A stretch of DNA of 64,000 nt from assembly GCF_006345805.1 (NCBI RefSeq), contig NW_021824847.1, forward strand, positions 1 through 64,000. Direction: 5' to 3'. This DNA is from Octopus sinensis (Eukaryota). Every line of letters starts with the position of its first letter. Position 1 is the stretch's first letter. The notes under the pieces are model-generated. The model had not been told where the DNA came from. It saw only the letters and a program-made list of their open reading frames with translations, and made no database searches. Positions 12,111 through 24,202 of the stretch are shown piece by piece. A program made the translations under genes and the position numbers.

Positions 12111-12794
12111 TACACATATATGTGTGTGTGCGTGTATGTATGTATGTGTGTGTGTGTGTGTACATATATATGTGTATATTTATATACATATTTAAATATA
12201 TTGTATTTCCTTCCAAGACTTTTATAGACGATACTTCGTACCCAAAATTTCACGTGCCAAGGGAACACCGTAATCTATATGTCTGTCTGTCTCTCTCTCT
12301 GCCCCCCTCTCTCTCTCTCTCTCTCTCGGCGCACACGCGTATACATACCATTCTGTCTATCTACATCCATTATATCCATTATTATAGCAAGATAGGTAGG
12401 TATATAGACATTCAGGTAAAAACATAGCTAGAAAGATGTAAATGCGTAGAATTATATGTGTCTATGTATGTATTCTCTTGTTCTTTTAATTGTTTCAGTC
12501 ATTTCACTGCGGCCATGCTGGAGTACCACCTTAAATGGTTTTAGTCGAAGAAATCTATCCCAGAGCTTAGTCTCTGTATGCTTAGTACTTATTCAGTCGG
12601 TCTATTTTGCCGAACCGTTAAGTTACGGGGACGTAAACACACCAACATCGGTTGTCAAGCAATGGTAGGAGGACAAACACAGACACAAAGATAGACACAC
12701 ATAAATATATATATACATACATATACATACATATATATACATATACATACATATATGTACATATATATACATATACATACATACATACATATAC

Positions 12795-12835
<41 letters not shown>

Positions 12836-12918
12836 TACACTTATATAAATATATACGACGGGATTCTTTCAGTTTCCGTCTACCAAATCCACTCACAAGA
12901 CTTTGGTCGGCCCGAGGC

Positions 12919-12957
<39 letters not shown>

Positions 12958-12959
<2 letters not shown>

Positions 12960-13010
12960 CAAAACTGTCCGACGAACGGGAACGTGAAACTCCGTGTAAC
13001 AGGTTTTGTT
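12958..13010 (+). ncRNA. Type I hammerhead-like motif with U4C core change
   Basis: AACAAAA CTGT CCGACGA ACG GGAA CGT GAAAC TCCGT GTA ACAG G TTTTGTT; followed by AATAAA as in Penelope-type LTR ends. Confidence 0.65.
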
Positions 13011-13128
13011 GAATTTCTGCTGCTTTTAAATAAAGCATATTACTCTACCCCTGGTATTTGAGTACTCTTTTTTCCACCTTGTTTCACATTTATGTGTTTA
13101 CTCCGGTACATACATACATACATATATA

Positions 13129-13525
13129 TCTTTATATATAAAAGTGAGGTTGTGTGTCTGTCTCCTACGATTTAGATTCCTAACTACTCCCACATTTTGC
13201 GGTGCAGTTTAACCAAAACCGGGTATCTTATAGTCGTGGTTCATATCGAGCCCTTCTGGGTATTAGCGCGCGTCTACGATGAGTCTACGATTAAAAAAAA
13301 ATTTACCATCATTTTTTTCCATTTTAATGCATTTTTTCGCTATTATATAAGGGAAGTAACTCTCTAAAAATGTCTACGATGAGTCAACGATTCAAAAAAA
13401 AAATTACCATCATTTTTTTTCCATTTTTAATGCATTTTTTTGCTATTTTTTGGCTATAACTCTCTAAAAATGCATATATAATTATTTCCCTTACAAACCC
13501 GAGCAACGCCGGGTGATACTGCTAG
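13129..13525 (+). mobile_element. Non-autonomous Helitron, family 1 (also 21105-21409 -, 31351-31748 +, 38343-38740 +)
   Basis: All four copies begin TC(T/G)TTATATATAAAA, end CCCGAGCAACGCCGGG...CTRG|T and sit between A and T. Confidence 0.85.
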
Positions 13526-13575
13526 TATATATATATATGTATTGCTGGACGGTGAAATAAGATAGATGTAGTTAG

Positions 13576-13616
<41 letters not shown>

Positions 13617-13769
13617 TCTAATGAAAATAAAAATGCTTCCAGACACTCCAGCAATGTGAGAATGGATGCCATGTCCTCAGGTTACAAATTCTGCCGTTCC
13701 ACCTCGCAGACTTAACATTCGACTTAGGTTTCCTCTGTTTATTGTTTTTGCTGCTCTTGTTATTGATGT

Positions 13770-14011
13770 TATTTATTATATTATCATTATTATTATTATT
13801 ATTATTATTATCATTATTATCATTGTTGTTGTTGTTGTTATTATCACATCATCATCATCGTCGTCGTCGTTGTCATCATCATTATCACCATCATCGTCAT
13901 CATCACCACCACCACCGCCGCCGCCACCACCACCACCACCACCACCACCACTACTACTACTACAACTACCACTACCACTACTACTACTACTACTACTATT
14001 GCTGCTGCTGC
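13770..14011. repeat. Compound trinucleotide array
   Basis: Successive blocks of ATT, GTT, CAT, CGT, CAT, CAC, CGC, CAC, TAC, TGC. Confidence 0.92.
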
Positions 14012-14386
14012 ACCGATATACGGTATTTACTTAGGTTTCGGATTCCCGTGAATTCTTTTACCATTACACCTTTCAGAAAGCACCTCTTTCCAAGACTTGG
14101 AGTCCTCCCACAACTACGTGTTCGCCATTCCAAGACTTCTGAAATGGATTCCTTGTTGTTGTAGTTCTTATAGTAGAGAGAGTGGTTCATCGGTTTCGTC
14201 TTCCACAGAGATTCCTCTTTGCTCATCTCAGACACTGCTTATTTTTACTGGCATGACTTGCTCAAGAACAAATAAATGGCAACAATTTAATTAAAAACTA
14301 TATTTGATACGTTACATGCCAGTTTTTCCTTATAACATTTGTAATTTCAACACAAAGTCAAAGTTCATCGTGTGTGTGTGTGTATG

Positions 14387-14475
<89 letters not shown>

Positions 14476-14511
14476 CATATATATATATACATATATATAT
14501 TACATATATAT

Positions 14512-14667
14512 GGATCAAAACAGTTTCTTTCAAATTCGTTGGTATTCAGAGTTTCAAGAGTGATGCTAATCTTCAGCCACTTTGAATTTGAATTCGAAAT
14601 GGATGAAGATTAGAATCACGTTTGAAACTCGGAGTACAAACGAATCTGAATCAAACTGTTTTGATCC
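14512..14667. repeat. 156-bp imperfect palindrome
   Basis: GGATCAAAACAGTTT...AAACTGTTTTGATCC; the arms align end to end with scattered mismatches and almost no loop. Confidence 0.9.
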
Positions 14668-14919
14668 TTACGTGTAACCCCCAATAAGTGTGTTGAGTGC
14701 TCTTTTTGCGTTTGTCCACTCATTCGTGTGTGTATAATATATATATATATATATACATACATACATACATACATACATACATACATACATGCATGCATGC
14801 ATGCATGCATGCATGTATGTATGTATGTATAAACAACTAGGTGCCATATTATACCATAAAAAAATATTTAATCGCCGCTAATTGTAACTGAGGATGTCGA
14901 CACATACTATCATCGTTTA

Positions 14920-15560
14920 GCGTCCGCTTTCCATGCTAGCATGGGTTGGACGGTTCAACTGGGGTCTGGGAAGCCAGAAGGCTGCACCAGGCCCAGTCTG
15001 ATCTGGCAATGTTTCTACAGCTGGATGCCCTTCCTAACGCCAACCACTCCATGAGTGTAGTGGGTGCTTTTTACGTGCCAGACGAGTCTGGCAAACGGCC
15101 ACGATCGGATGGTGCTTTTTATGTGCCACCGGCACGGGGGCCAGGCGAGGCTGGCAACGGCCACGAACGGACGGTGCCTTTTACGTGCCACCGGCACGAG
15201 GCCAGTCGGGGCGGCGCTGGCAACGGCCACGTTCGGATGGTTCTCTTACGTGCCACCAGCACTGGTATCTCAGCTGCAATTTCCATTGATCGATTTCGAT
15301 TCTGTTTCTCACTTGCCTCAACAGGTCTTCACAAGTAGAGTTTTGTGTCCCAAGAAGGGAAGGTATGCATAAGTGGACTGGCTACATCCCGTGTAGAAGG
15401 CCACGGGTTATGGTCTCACTTGTCCTGCCGGGTCTTCTCACGCACAGCATACTTCCAGAGGTCTCGGTCTCTAGTCATTTCCTCAGTGAGACCTAAAGTT
15501 CGAAGGTCGTGCTTCACCACCTCGTCCCAGGTTTTCCTGGGTCTGCCTCTTCCACAGGGA
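14920..15560 (-). mobile_element. RTE LINE 3' end with long 3' UTR and (GAT)n tail
   Basis: GRGRPRKTWDEVVKHDLRTLGLTEEMTRDRDLWKYAVREKTRQDK* followed by the UTR. UTR-only copies at ~16295-16560, 23660-23910, 24580-25090, 32640-33060, 39955-40262, 41220-41380, 42285-42415, 42540-42850. Confidence 0.88.
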
Positions 15561-17221
15561 ATATATATATATACACTACTAGGTAGATAGCCATTTCATG
15601 AGCGTCTCTAGGATCACTAGTCTAGACTAGTTTCGCCCATCTCCAAAGGAGTTCAAGCTCAGTACATAAAGGGCCTAATGAATTACTGCTCTTCTGATTC
15701 ATTTCCCACCCCACCACTTGATAACCAGTACTGGTTTGTTTACATCCCCATAATTTAGCAGTCTGGCAAAAGAGCCCATCAGAATAAGTACCAAACTTTA
15801 GAAAAAAAAAAAAAGAATGCCGTAAGTACTGAGTGGAGGCACATGGGCTAGTGGTTAGAGCAGCAGACTTGTGGTTGATGGATCGCGGGTTCGAATCTCA
15901 GACAGGGCGATGTGTGTGTTTATGAGTGAAACACCTAGGCTCCACGTGGCTCTGGCAGAAGGTAATGGCGAAACTTCTGCTGATTCTTTCGCCACAACTT
16001 TCTCTCACTCTTTCCTCCTGCATCTTGCAGCTCACCTGCGACGGATCGGCTTCCCGTCCAGGTGGGGAACCTATACGCCAAGGAAACCAGCCCTTAAGAG
16101 CTATGCATGGCTCGAGAAGGAACAAACAAAAACAAACATAAGTACTGAGGGTCAACTAGTTTGACTACAAGCCCTTCAAGGCAGTGCGCCATCTAGCATG
16201 GTCCCAGTACAATGATCAAAACAAATGGAAGATAATAAAAAACAAATAAGTAAAAGATTAGATTATCATAAAAAAAAAGCTTTAACCCTTTAGTCATCAT
16301 CATCATCCTTTAGCGTCCGTTTTCCATTCTAGCATGGGTTGGACGGTTCAACTGGGGTCTGTGAAGCCAGGCTGCATCAGGCCCAGTCTGATCTGGCAGT
16401 GTTTATACAGCTGGATGCCCTTCCTAACGCCAACCACTCCGCGAGTGTAGTGGGTGCTTTTTACGTGCCACCCGCACAGGTGCCAGACGGAGCTGGCAAA
16501 CGGCCACGGACGGATGGTGCTTTTACGTGCCACCGGCATGGGGGCCAGGCGAGGCTGGATTAATTTACCAAATTCAATGCTTATGTATTCACACTGTTTT
16601 GAATTAATCATGCATTACCTTATAGTTTTGGGAATTCAATGGTGTGATTGTTTATTCTTAGAATGACATTGTAGGGTAGGTGTGAGAGGCCAGATCTGGC
16701 CAGTTTGAACTTAAAACAGGTAGAATATATGGGCCAGATATGGCTGGTTTAAATGCTAAAGGGTTAACGAACGATTGGAAGCACTCCGTCGGTTACAACG
16801 ACGAGGGTTCCGGTTGATCCAAAGCAACGGAACAGCCTGCTCGTGAAATTAACGTGTAAGTGGCTGAGCACTCCACAGACACGTGTACCCTTAACGTAGT
16901 TCTCGGGGATATTCAGCGTGACACAGAGAGTGGCAAGGCCGGCCCTTTGAAATACAGGTACAACAGAAACAGGAAGTAAGAGTGAGAGAAAGTTGTGGTG
17001 AAAGAGTACAGCAGGGATCACCACCATCCCCTGCCGGAGCCTCGTGGAGCTTTAGGTGTTTTCGCTCAATAAACACTCACAACGCCCAGTCTGGGAATCG
17101 AAACCGCGATCCTATGACCGCAAGTCCGCTGCCCTAACCACTGGGCCATTGCGCCTCCACTAATGAACGATTAATTAGACAGTAAACAGACGAACTCTCA
17201 ATGTGATTAAAGCATTATACA

Positions 17222-17227
17222 TTTATT
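17222..17227 (-). promoter_or_regulatory. Polyadenylation signal of the thioredoxin-domain gene
   Basis: AATAAA on the - strand about 60 nt after the stop codon. Confidence 0.6.
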
Positions 17228-17285
17228 TTCAAAATAAATAACTTGCACACTGAAAGACAAACAACAACACAATGTGAAATGGTGG

Positions 17286-17414
17286 TCAGTGGAATTTGTG
17301 TTTATCATATGTTGCTTGTTTGCGACAACAGAAGACACAGAGGAGCAGCATCGTGAGAGTCAGCAGCAGAATAGTGGGTAATATAATGTAGACTTTGGTG
17401 TGGTGATCACTCTC
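17286..17414 (-). CDS. Thioredoxin-domain protein, terminal exon 9
   Basis: TTTCAG acceptor. ESDHHTKVYIILPTILLLTLTMLLLCVFCCRKQATYDKHKFH*: TM helix and KxKxx C-terminus. The nine exons sum to 930 nt = 309 aa + stop. Confidence 0.92.
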   Translation of the reverse strand, partial: ESDHHTKVYIILPTILLLTLTMLLLCVFCCRKQATYDKHKFH

Positions 17415-17842
17415 CTGAAACGAAAGACGAAGAAGGGTTTCATTGAAAAGGCTTTCTCATTTGACTCTTCGCACACACACATACATATATGTTTCTTTAT
17501 TACCCACAGGGGGCTAAGCATAAAGGGGACAAACAAGGACAGACAAAGAGATTAAGTCGATTACATCGACCCCAGTGCGTAGCTGGTTCTTAATTTATCG
17601 ACCCCAAAAGGATGAAAGGCAAAGTCGACCTCGGCGGAATTTGAACTCGGAACGTAACGGCAGACGAAATACGGATACGCATTTTGCCCGGTTTGCTAAC
17701 GTTTCTGCCAGCTCGCCGCCTTACAAGCCCAAGTCAAACCATCCAACCCATGCCATGAATGCTAAATGATGATGATGATAATGATATCACTATGATATCA
17801 CTAACAACAGACTTTGTCTTAGCATGCAGTTGCTATGGATAC

Positions 17843-17887
17843 TTGCTAATGATGAAGCCCGGGGAGGCAGAAATATATGTTGAGCAA
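17843..17887 (+). pseudogene. Decayed hammerhead-like motif
   Basis: TTGCT A ATGATGA A GCC CGGGGA GGC A GAAAT ATAT GTT G AGCAA: stems I, II and III recognisable, several core substitutions. Confidence 0.4.
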
Positions 17888-19243
17888 TACCACTATGATT
17901 GTTCGATAAAGTTGCTACTGAGACACATTTGTGTCCTTAACACTGTACATCTATAAGAGATATTATCTGAGGGTGAAGACTGCAGTAAATTAGGCTTTCA
18001 CCGAGCTATCTGCTTTGAGTATGATACACAGATTGCTATATAATATGTGTGTGTGTGTACATATATATACTCATTTTACGTTTTTACTTGTTTCAGACAT
18101 TTGACTGTGGCCATACTGGAGCACTGCCTTTGGTCAAGCAAATTGACCCCGGATTTATTCTTTGTAAGCCTAGTACTTATTCTATCAGTCTCTTCTGCTG
18201 AACCGCTAAGTTATGGGGACGTAAACACACCAGCATTGGTTGTCAAGCGATGTTGGGGTGGGAGGGACAAACACAGACACACGCACATATATATATATAT
18301 ATATATACAGTAGAAGGAATAGCTAAGATTTTTTGGCTGCTATTTCTAAACTTCGGTATGTGGTAAAGCAAATCTTTGCTGAACCCTAATTATAAAGTAT
18401 TACTTAAGCTTACCATGAAATGGTCTTTTTCATGCTGAATTCTACTAGGTGAAATTACTGATTACTTCTTAATTAATTAATTTTACCCTTTGTTTTATAT
18501 ATATATACATATATACAACGGACTTCTTTTTTTATTTACTTTTTTTAACTGTTTCATTTCAGTCACTTGACTGCTACCATGCTGGAGCACTTCCTTGAAG
18601 GATTTTAGTTGAACAATTTGACCCCAGGACTTATTGTCTTTACGCCTAGTATTTATTCTATTGGTCTCTTTTGCTGAACTGTCAAGTTACAGTAATGTAA
18701 ACAAACCAACAGCAGTTGTCAAGCAATGATGGAGGGACGAACACAGAAATATACACACACATATACATTTACACAATGGGCTTCTTTCAGTTTCCATCTA
18801 CCAAATCCACTCACAAGGTTTTGGTCAGACCTAGGCTATAGTAGAAGACACCTGTCCCAGGTGCAACACAGTGAGACTGAACCCAGAACCAAATCGTTCA
18901 GAGGTTCAAGTTTATTAGGAACTTAATTATTATCAGAAAGTGACCATTGGTTCTGCACCTATAAGGCGCTTAACCATATAGGCAACTTGCCAGACTCGGA
19001 TGGCCGAATGCACCTAATCTTTCTACAACTGGAGGGAGAACATCACAATCAGTTAGTTTTGTAAACAAAAAATGTCTGTACAGGCGCAGGAGTGGCTGTG
19101 TGGTAAGTAGCTTGCTAACCAACCACATGGTTCCGGGTTCAGTCCCACTGCGTGACACCATGGGCAAGTGTCTTCTGCTATAGCCCCGGGCCGACCAATG
19201 CCTTGTGAGTGGATTTGGTAGACAGAAACTGAAAGAAGCCTGT

Positions 19244-19274
<31 letters not shown>

Positions 19275-19717
19275 TTGTGTGTCTGTGTTTGTCCCCCTAG
19301 CATTGCTTGACAACCGATGCTGGTGTGTTTACGTCCCCATCACTTAGCGGTTCGACAAAAAGAGACCGATAGAATAAGTATTGGGATTACAAAGAATAAG
19401 TCCCGAGGTCGAGTTGCTCGATTAAAGGCGGTGCTCCAGCATGGCCGCAGTCAAATGACTGAAACAAGTAAAAGAGTAAAAGAGAGAGTACAGGCTGGAT
19501 AGGGTTATTCCCTTACATCGGTTCCAGCCATAATTGGAGATTCTGCCGCGGGTCTATTCAACGAATAGGAAATTCCAAGCTTGTAGTAGGATATGCTTGT
19601 AACCTCCTGCACGGACAAATATTTTGTTTACAAAACAAACTGACCGTGACGATGGCCGGAGCCGATGCAAGGGGGATAATCCTGTCCTGCCACAGCACAG
19701 ACAATTATAGTTTGTTT

Positions 19718-20140
19718 GGATCTTTTCCGTTTGAACAGCAGTTTTTTCTAGCGGTGTCATGTGAAATTGTCACCCATAATTATGACCCTAGTATCGAACT
19801 ATTGCATTCCAATCTGTTTTAGGGTTAGGGTTTAGGTTAGGGTTAGGATGAAGGGTATCTTTTTTTCTTCACAAATGTAAATAAACCCAATCTGTTTCTT
19901 AAATGAGGAACATATTCATACAGCACATAATGTTTTTTACTTCAATAGACGTCATTGATTGGTTGAATTTGCAAAATTTGAAGAAAAAAACCAACAAATA
20001 TCTTACAAACCATAGAATTTTCTCAATAAAGCCAAGAGAAAAAGATGTTTTATAAACACATTCTACCAGTATACGAAGTTTAAAATTTTTTAGTTACCGA
20101 GAAATTATGTTAAAAACTGCCAGTCAAACGGAAAAGATCC
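19718..20140. mobile_element. GGATC-ended TIR MITE with ~8-bp TSD (also 37952-38327, 45380-46474 compound, 47394-47824)
   Basis: TIR GGATCTTTT(C)CG(G)TTTGAACGGCAGTTTT; flanks match over 8 bp, e.g. TCGACCTA/TAGACCTA and CACAGTTA/CTCAGTTA; internal TTAGGG-like repeats. Confidence 0.85.
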
Positions 20141-21406
20141 TTTTGTTTTAAAAAACCAACTGACAACAAGGTATTTCTCCCTCCAGTTTCTAGACAGGTT
20201 ATACGCCTTCCACTCTTTGAGTCGGACGGATCAAGTATTACTGCAAATCCCTTTATAGGTGTGAAACCAACGGTCACTCTATGAGCGGCCATAACTTTTA
20301 ACTTCCTAAACAAAATACATTATTGGTCTTATGCTTTATCTGTTTCAAGATATATGAACTACCGACGATTCTATTTCTTTACTACCCATAAGGGGCTAAA
20401 CACAGAGAGGACAAACAAGGACAGACAAACGGATTAAGTCGATTACATTGACCCCAGTGCGTAACTGGTACTTTATTTATCGACTCCGAAAGGATGAAAG
20501 GCAAAGTCGACCTCGGCGGAATTTGAACTCAGAACGTAACGACAGACAAAATACTTATTTCTTTACTACCCACAAGGGGCTAAACACAGAGAGGACAAAC
20601 AAGGACAGACAAACGGATTAAGTCGATTATATCGACCCCAGAAGGTAACTGGTACTTTATTTATCGACCCCGAAAGGATGAAAGGCAAAGTTGACCTCGG
20701 CGGAATTACATGCATAAAATCACGGAAGATGAAACACAACTCATCAATACAAGCATATAAGAAAAATGTGTGAATACAGTCCATCACGGTTAAAAGTTAA
20801 TGACTAATACTTTAGCGACTAAAAAAAATATATATTTTTTAAAAAACATTACATCTAGTATAATAAATACATAAAAATATAAAGAAATATATAAATATAT
20901 AGATATATAAAAAGATATAAAAATACATATATGTAGGAAATATATAAATAAATAATATATAATATATAAGGTAAGATAAGAGTTCATCGTTTAGAAAATT
21001 TTTCGATTAAAAATTACTTTTCAAGTTAAGGGAAACCTATTGTTAAAAGTCAGTGTCCAAACAAAATAGAAACAATCACTTTATTATTGATATATATATA
21101 TATACTAGCAGTATCGCCCGGCGTTGCTCGGGTTTGTAAGGGAAATAACTATATAAGCATTTTTAGAGAGTTGCTTCCCTTATATAAACCGAGCAAAAAA
21201 TGCATTAAAAATGCGGAAAAATGATGGTAAATTTTTTTTTAAATCATAGACTCATCATAGACGAGCGCTAATACCCAGAAGGGCTCGATATGAATGACAA
21301 CTGTAAGATACACGCTTTTGGTTAAACTGCACCGCAAAATGTGGGAGTAGTTAGGAATCTAAATCGGAGTAGACAGACACACACACAACTTCAGTTTTAT
21401 ATATAA

Positions 21407-21454
<48 letters not shown>

Positions 21455-21497
21455 TAGGTTACATCGATAGAAAGACGTGAAGTAATACAATACTTAC

Positions 21498-21534
21498 TTT
21501 CAATTTTTGGACTATATAATCAGTCAAAATGTCA
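21498..21534 (-). CDS. Thioredoxin-domain protein, exon 8
   Basis: TTTCAG acceptor, AAA|GTAAGT donor. 37 nt, phase 2/0: (F)DILTDYIVQKLK; this exon restores the frame between exons 7 and 9. Confidence 0.88.
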
Positions 21535-22576
21535 CTGAAAATAGAGAAAAGATATTTTAGTGCCTAAATACAATTGGTCTGCTGAGTGAAAAAACTTCAA
21601 GGGGCCTCCTATAAGCAATGTTCCCTTAGAGTTGTGGACTTGTGCATGCACTTATGTTTTGCAGCTAGGGGATGAAGGAAAACAAATGTGAACAACGATG
21701 GCGGCGGTGGCGGCGATCCTTTCTGCTGAAAGCACAAGGCCAGAAGTTTTTGGGGGAGGGGACTAGCTGATAACATTGACGCCAATGTTCCACTGGTACT
21801 TACTTTATCGACCCCGAAAGGATGAAAAGCAAAGTCGACCTCAGTGGAATTGAACTCAGAATGTATCAACAGATGAAATACTGCTAAGCATTTCACCCGG
21901 CATGCTAACAACTCTGCCAGCTCACTGCCTCTTAATAATGATAATAATAATAATAATAATCTTTTCTACTGGAAGCACAAGGCCTCAAATTTTGGGGGAA
22001 GGGGTTAAATTGATTACATTGACCCCAGTGTGTAACTGGTACTTGGTGAAATTTGAACTCAGAATGTAACAGCAGACAAAATACCTATTTCTTTATTACC
22101 CACAAGGGGCTAAACATAGAAGGGACAAGCAAGGACAAACAAACGGATTAAGTCGATTACATCGACCCCAGTGCGTAACCGGTACTTAATTTATCGACCC
22201 TGAAAGAATGAAAGGCAAAGTCGACCTCGGCGGAATTTGAACTCAGAACGTAGCGGCAGACGAAATACCGCTAAGCATTTTGCCCGGTGTGCTAACGTTT
22301 CTGCCAGCTCGCCGCCTTTCTGCAAGTTAATTTTAGGTGGAAGGGGATAGTTAATTACATCAATACTTGATTGGTGGCTGCTTTACTGACTCCCAAAGGG
22401 GTGAAAGACAAAGCTGACCTCAATGGAATTTGAACTCCAAACATAAAAAGCCAGATGAACTGCTGCCAGTTCAACAGCTTCACAACAACAATAATGACAC
22501 CATCACTAACAAGAACAACAACAATAACAGTAACAACATCGTAAAAACCTGGAGTAAAAGGATAAAAGAGACTCAC

Positions 22577-22702
22577 AAGGCACTTGGCTCAATAGGTACA
22601 ATCTCCGCCTTAACATTTCGATGCCAGCTCTCCACAAACACTTTCATAGACTTCACGTCAAATTGTTCTGGATCATAGCGGAACAGCTTACCATGCCGGA
22701 AG
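22577..22702 (-). CDS. Thioredoxin-domain protein, exon 7
   Basis: CTCCAG acceptor, TT|GTGAGT donor. 126 nt, phase 2/2: (Y)FRHGKLFRYDPEQFDVKSMKVFVESWHRNVKAEIVPIEPSA. Confidence 0.93.
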
Positions 22703-22792
22703 CTGGAGAAAGATATTTATTTGGGTTTTTATGAGAAAAAAAAAAAGAAAAAGAAAAAAAGGAGTAAAAAAAAAACAAAAAATAGAAATATG

Positions 22793-22823
<31 letters not shown>

Positions 22824-23991
22824 TTGTGTGTCTGTGTTTGTCCCCCTAGCATTGCTTGACAACCGATGCTGGTGTGTTTACGTCCCCGTCACTTAGCGCT
22901 TCGGCAAAAGAGACCGATAGAATAAGTACTGGGCTTACAAAGAATAAGTCCCAGGGTCGATTTGCTCGACTAAAGGCGGTGCTTCAGCATGGCCACAGTC
23001 AAAATGACTGAAGCAAGTAAAAGAGAGAAAGAGAGAGAAATAAAATAAATTAAGAATGAAGAGAAAGTGGGACTAAAAGTGACAAGTCTTGTTTTTGATC
23101 TCTTGTCCCTTTCTGCCCCCTCTGCTGCCCTGCCACACTCTAATCTTTCACCATCTGACACAATATCCACTCCCCTTATGGCCCCCTCCCCTCTCAAAAT
23201 TCCTTGTCTTGCAAGTTACTAGCTAGCCCTGCCAGTGCTGGTGCCAAGTAAAAGAGCATCCAGTCCACACTGTGTCTGGAAGCACTCCGTCGGTTCCGAC
23301 GACGAGGGTTCCGGTTGATCCGAATCAACGGAACAGCCTGCTCGTGAAATTAACGTGTAAGTGGTTGAGCACTCCACAGACACGTGTACCCTTAACGTAG
23401 TTCTCGGGGATATTCAGCGTGACACAGAGAGTGACAAGGCCGGCCCCTTGAAATACAGGTACAACAGAAACAGGAAGTAAGAGTGAGAGAAAGTTGTGGT
23501 GAAAGAGTACAGCAGGGATCACCATCATCCCCTGCCGGAGCCTCGTGGAGCTTTAGGTGTTTTCGCTCAATAAACACTCACAACGCCCGGTCTGGGAATC
23601 GAAACCGCGATCCTCCGACCGCGAGTCCGCTGCCCTAACCACTGGGCCATTGCGCCTCCACTCCAGTCCACACTATGAAGTGGTTGGCATTTCGAAGGGC
23701 ATCCAGTTGTAAAAACCCATGCCCAAACTGACCTCACCTGTGCTAGCACCATGCAAAAAGCACTCAGTCCACTATGAGGTGGCTGGTGTTAGGAAGGGCA
23801 TCCAACTACAAAAACCATGTCAAAACAGACATCGTTGCCTGGGCTTGTCTTCCACGCGGCTGGCTCCTGCCAAACTGTCCAACCCATGTCAGCATAGGGG
23901 ACAGACGTTAAATTAACATACTGAACTGTTAATCCCTACACATTTTTTACTCTCTGTTTTCATTCTCTCCCCATCTTTTTGCCTCTTAATC

Positions 23992-24027
23992 CTTTCTGTT
24001 GAAGAGCATAGGCTCGAAATGTAAAAG
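23992..24027 (+). ncRNA. Second copy of the same minimal hammerhead family (remnant ~23940-24115)
   Basis: CTTT CTGTTGA A GAGC ATAG GCTC GAAAT GTA AAAG; downstream flank similar to the 3.8 kb copy; ACGT decayed to ATGT. Confidence 0.55.
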
Positions 24028-24110
24028 ACTTTTCCATTCTCCCCAAGGATAAAACTAATGCACCTGCTAGTTCCTATACCTGTCTTCATCTTTTGTTTTC
24101 TGTAAATTTG

Positions 24111-24202
<92 letters not shown>

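Noticed and set aside
13996-14235. 79-aa ORF MSEMSKEESLW... as an exon
   Set aside because: Non-repetitive, but no convincing acceptor, recognisable domain or partner exons.
19520-19717. Open frame HNWRFCRGSIQ...CHSTDN on the + strand
   Set aside because: No start or donor, runs into a MITE, and no recognisable family motif.
19819-19847. Interstitial telomere
   Set aside because: The short TTAGGG runs are an internal part of the GGATC MITE in every copy.
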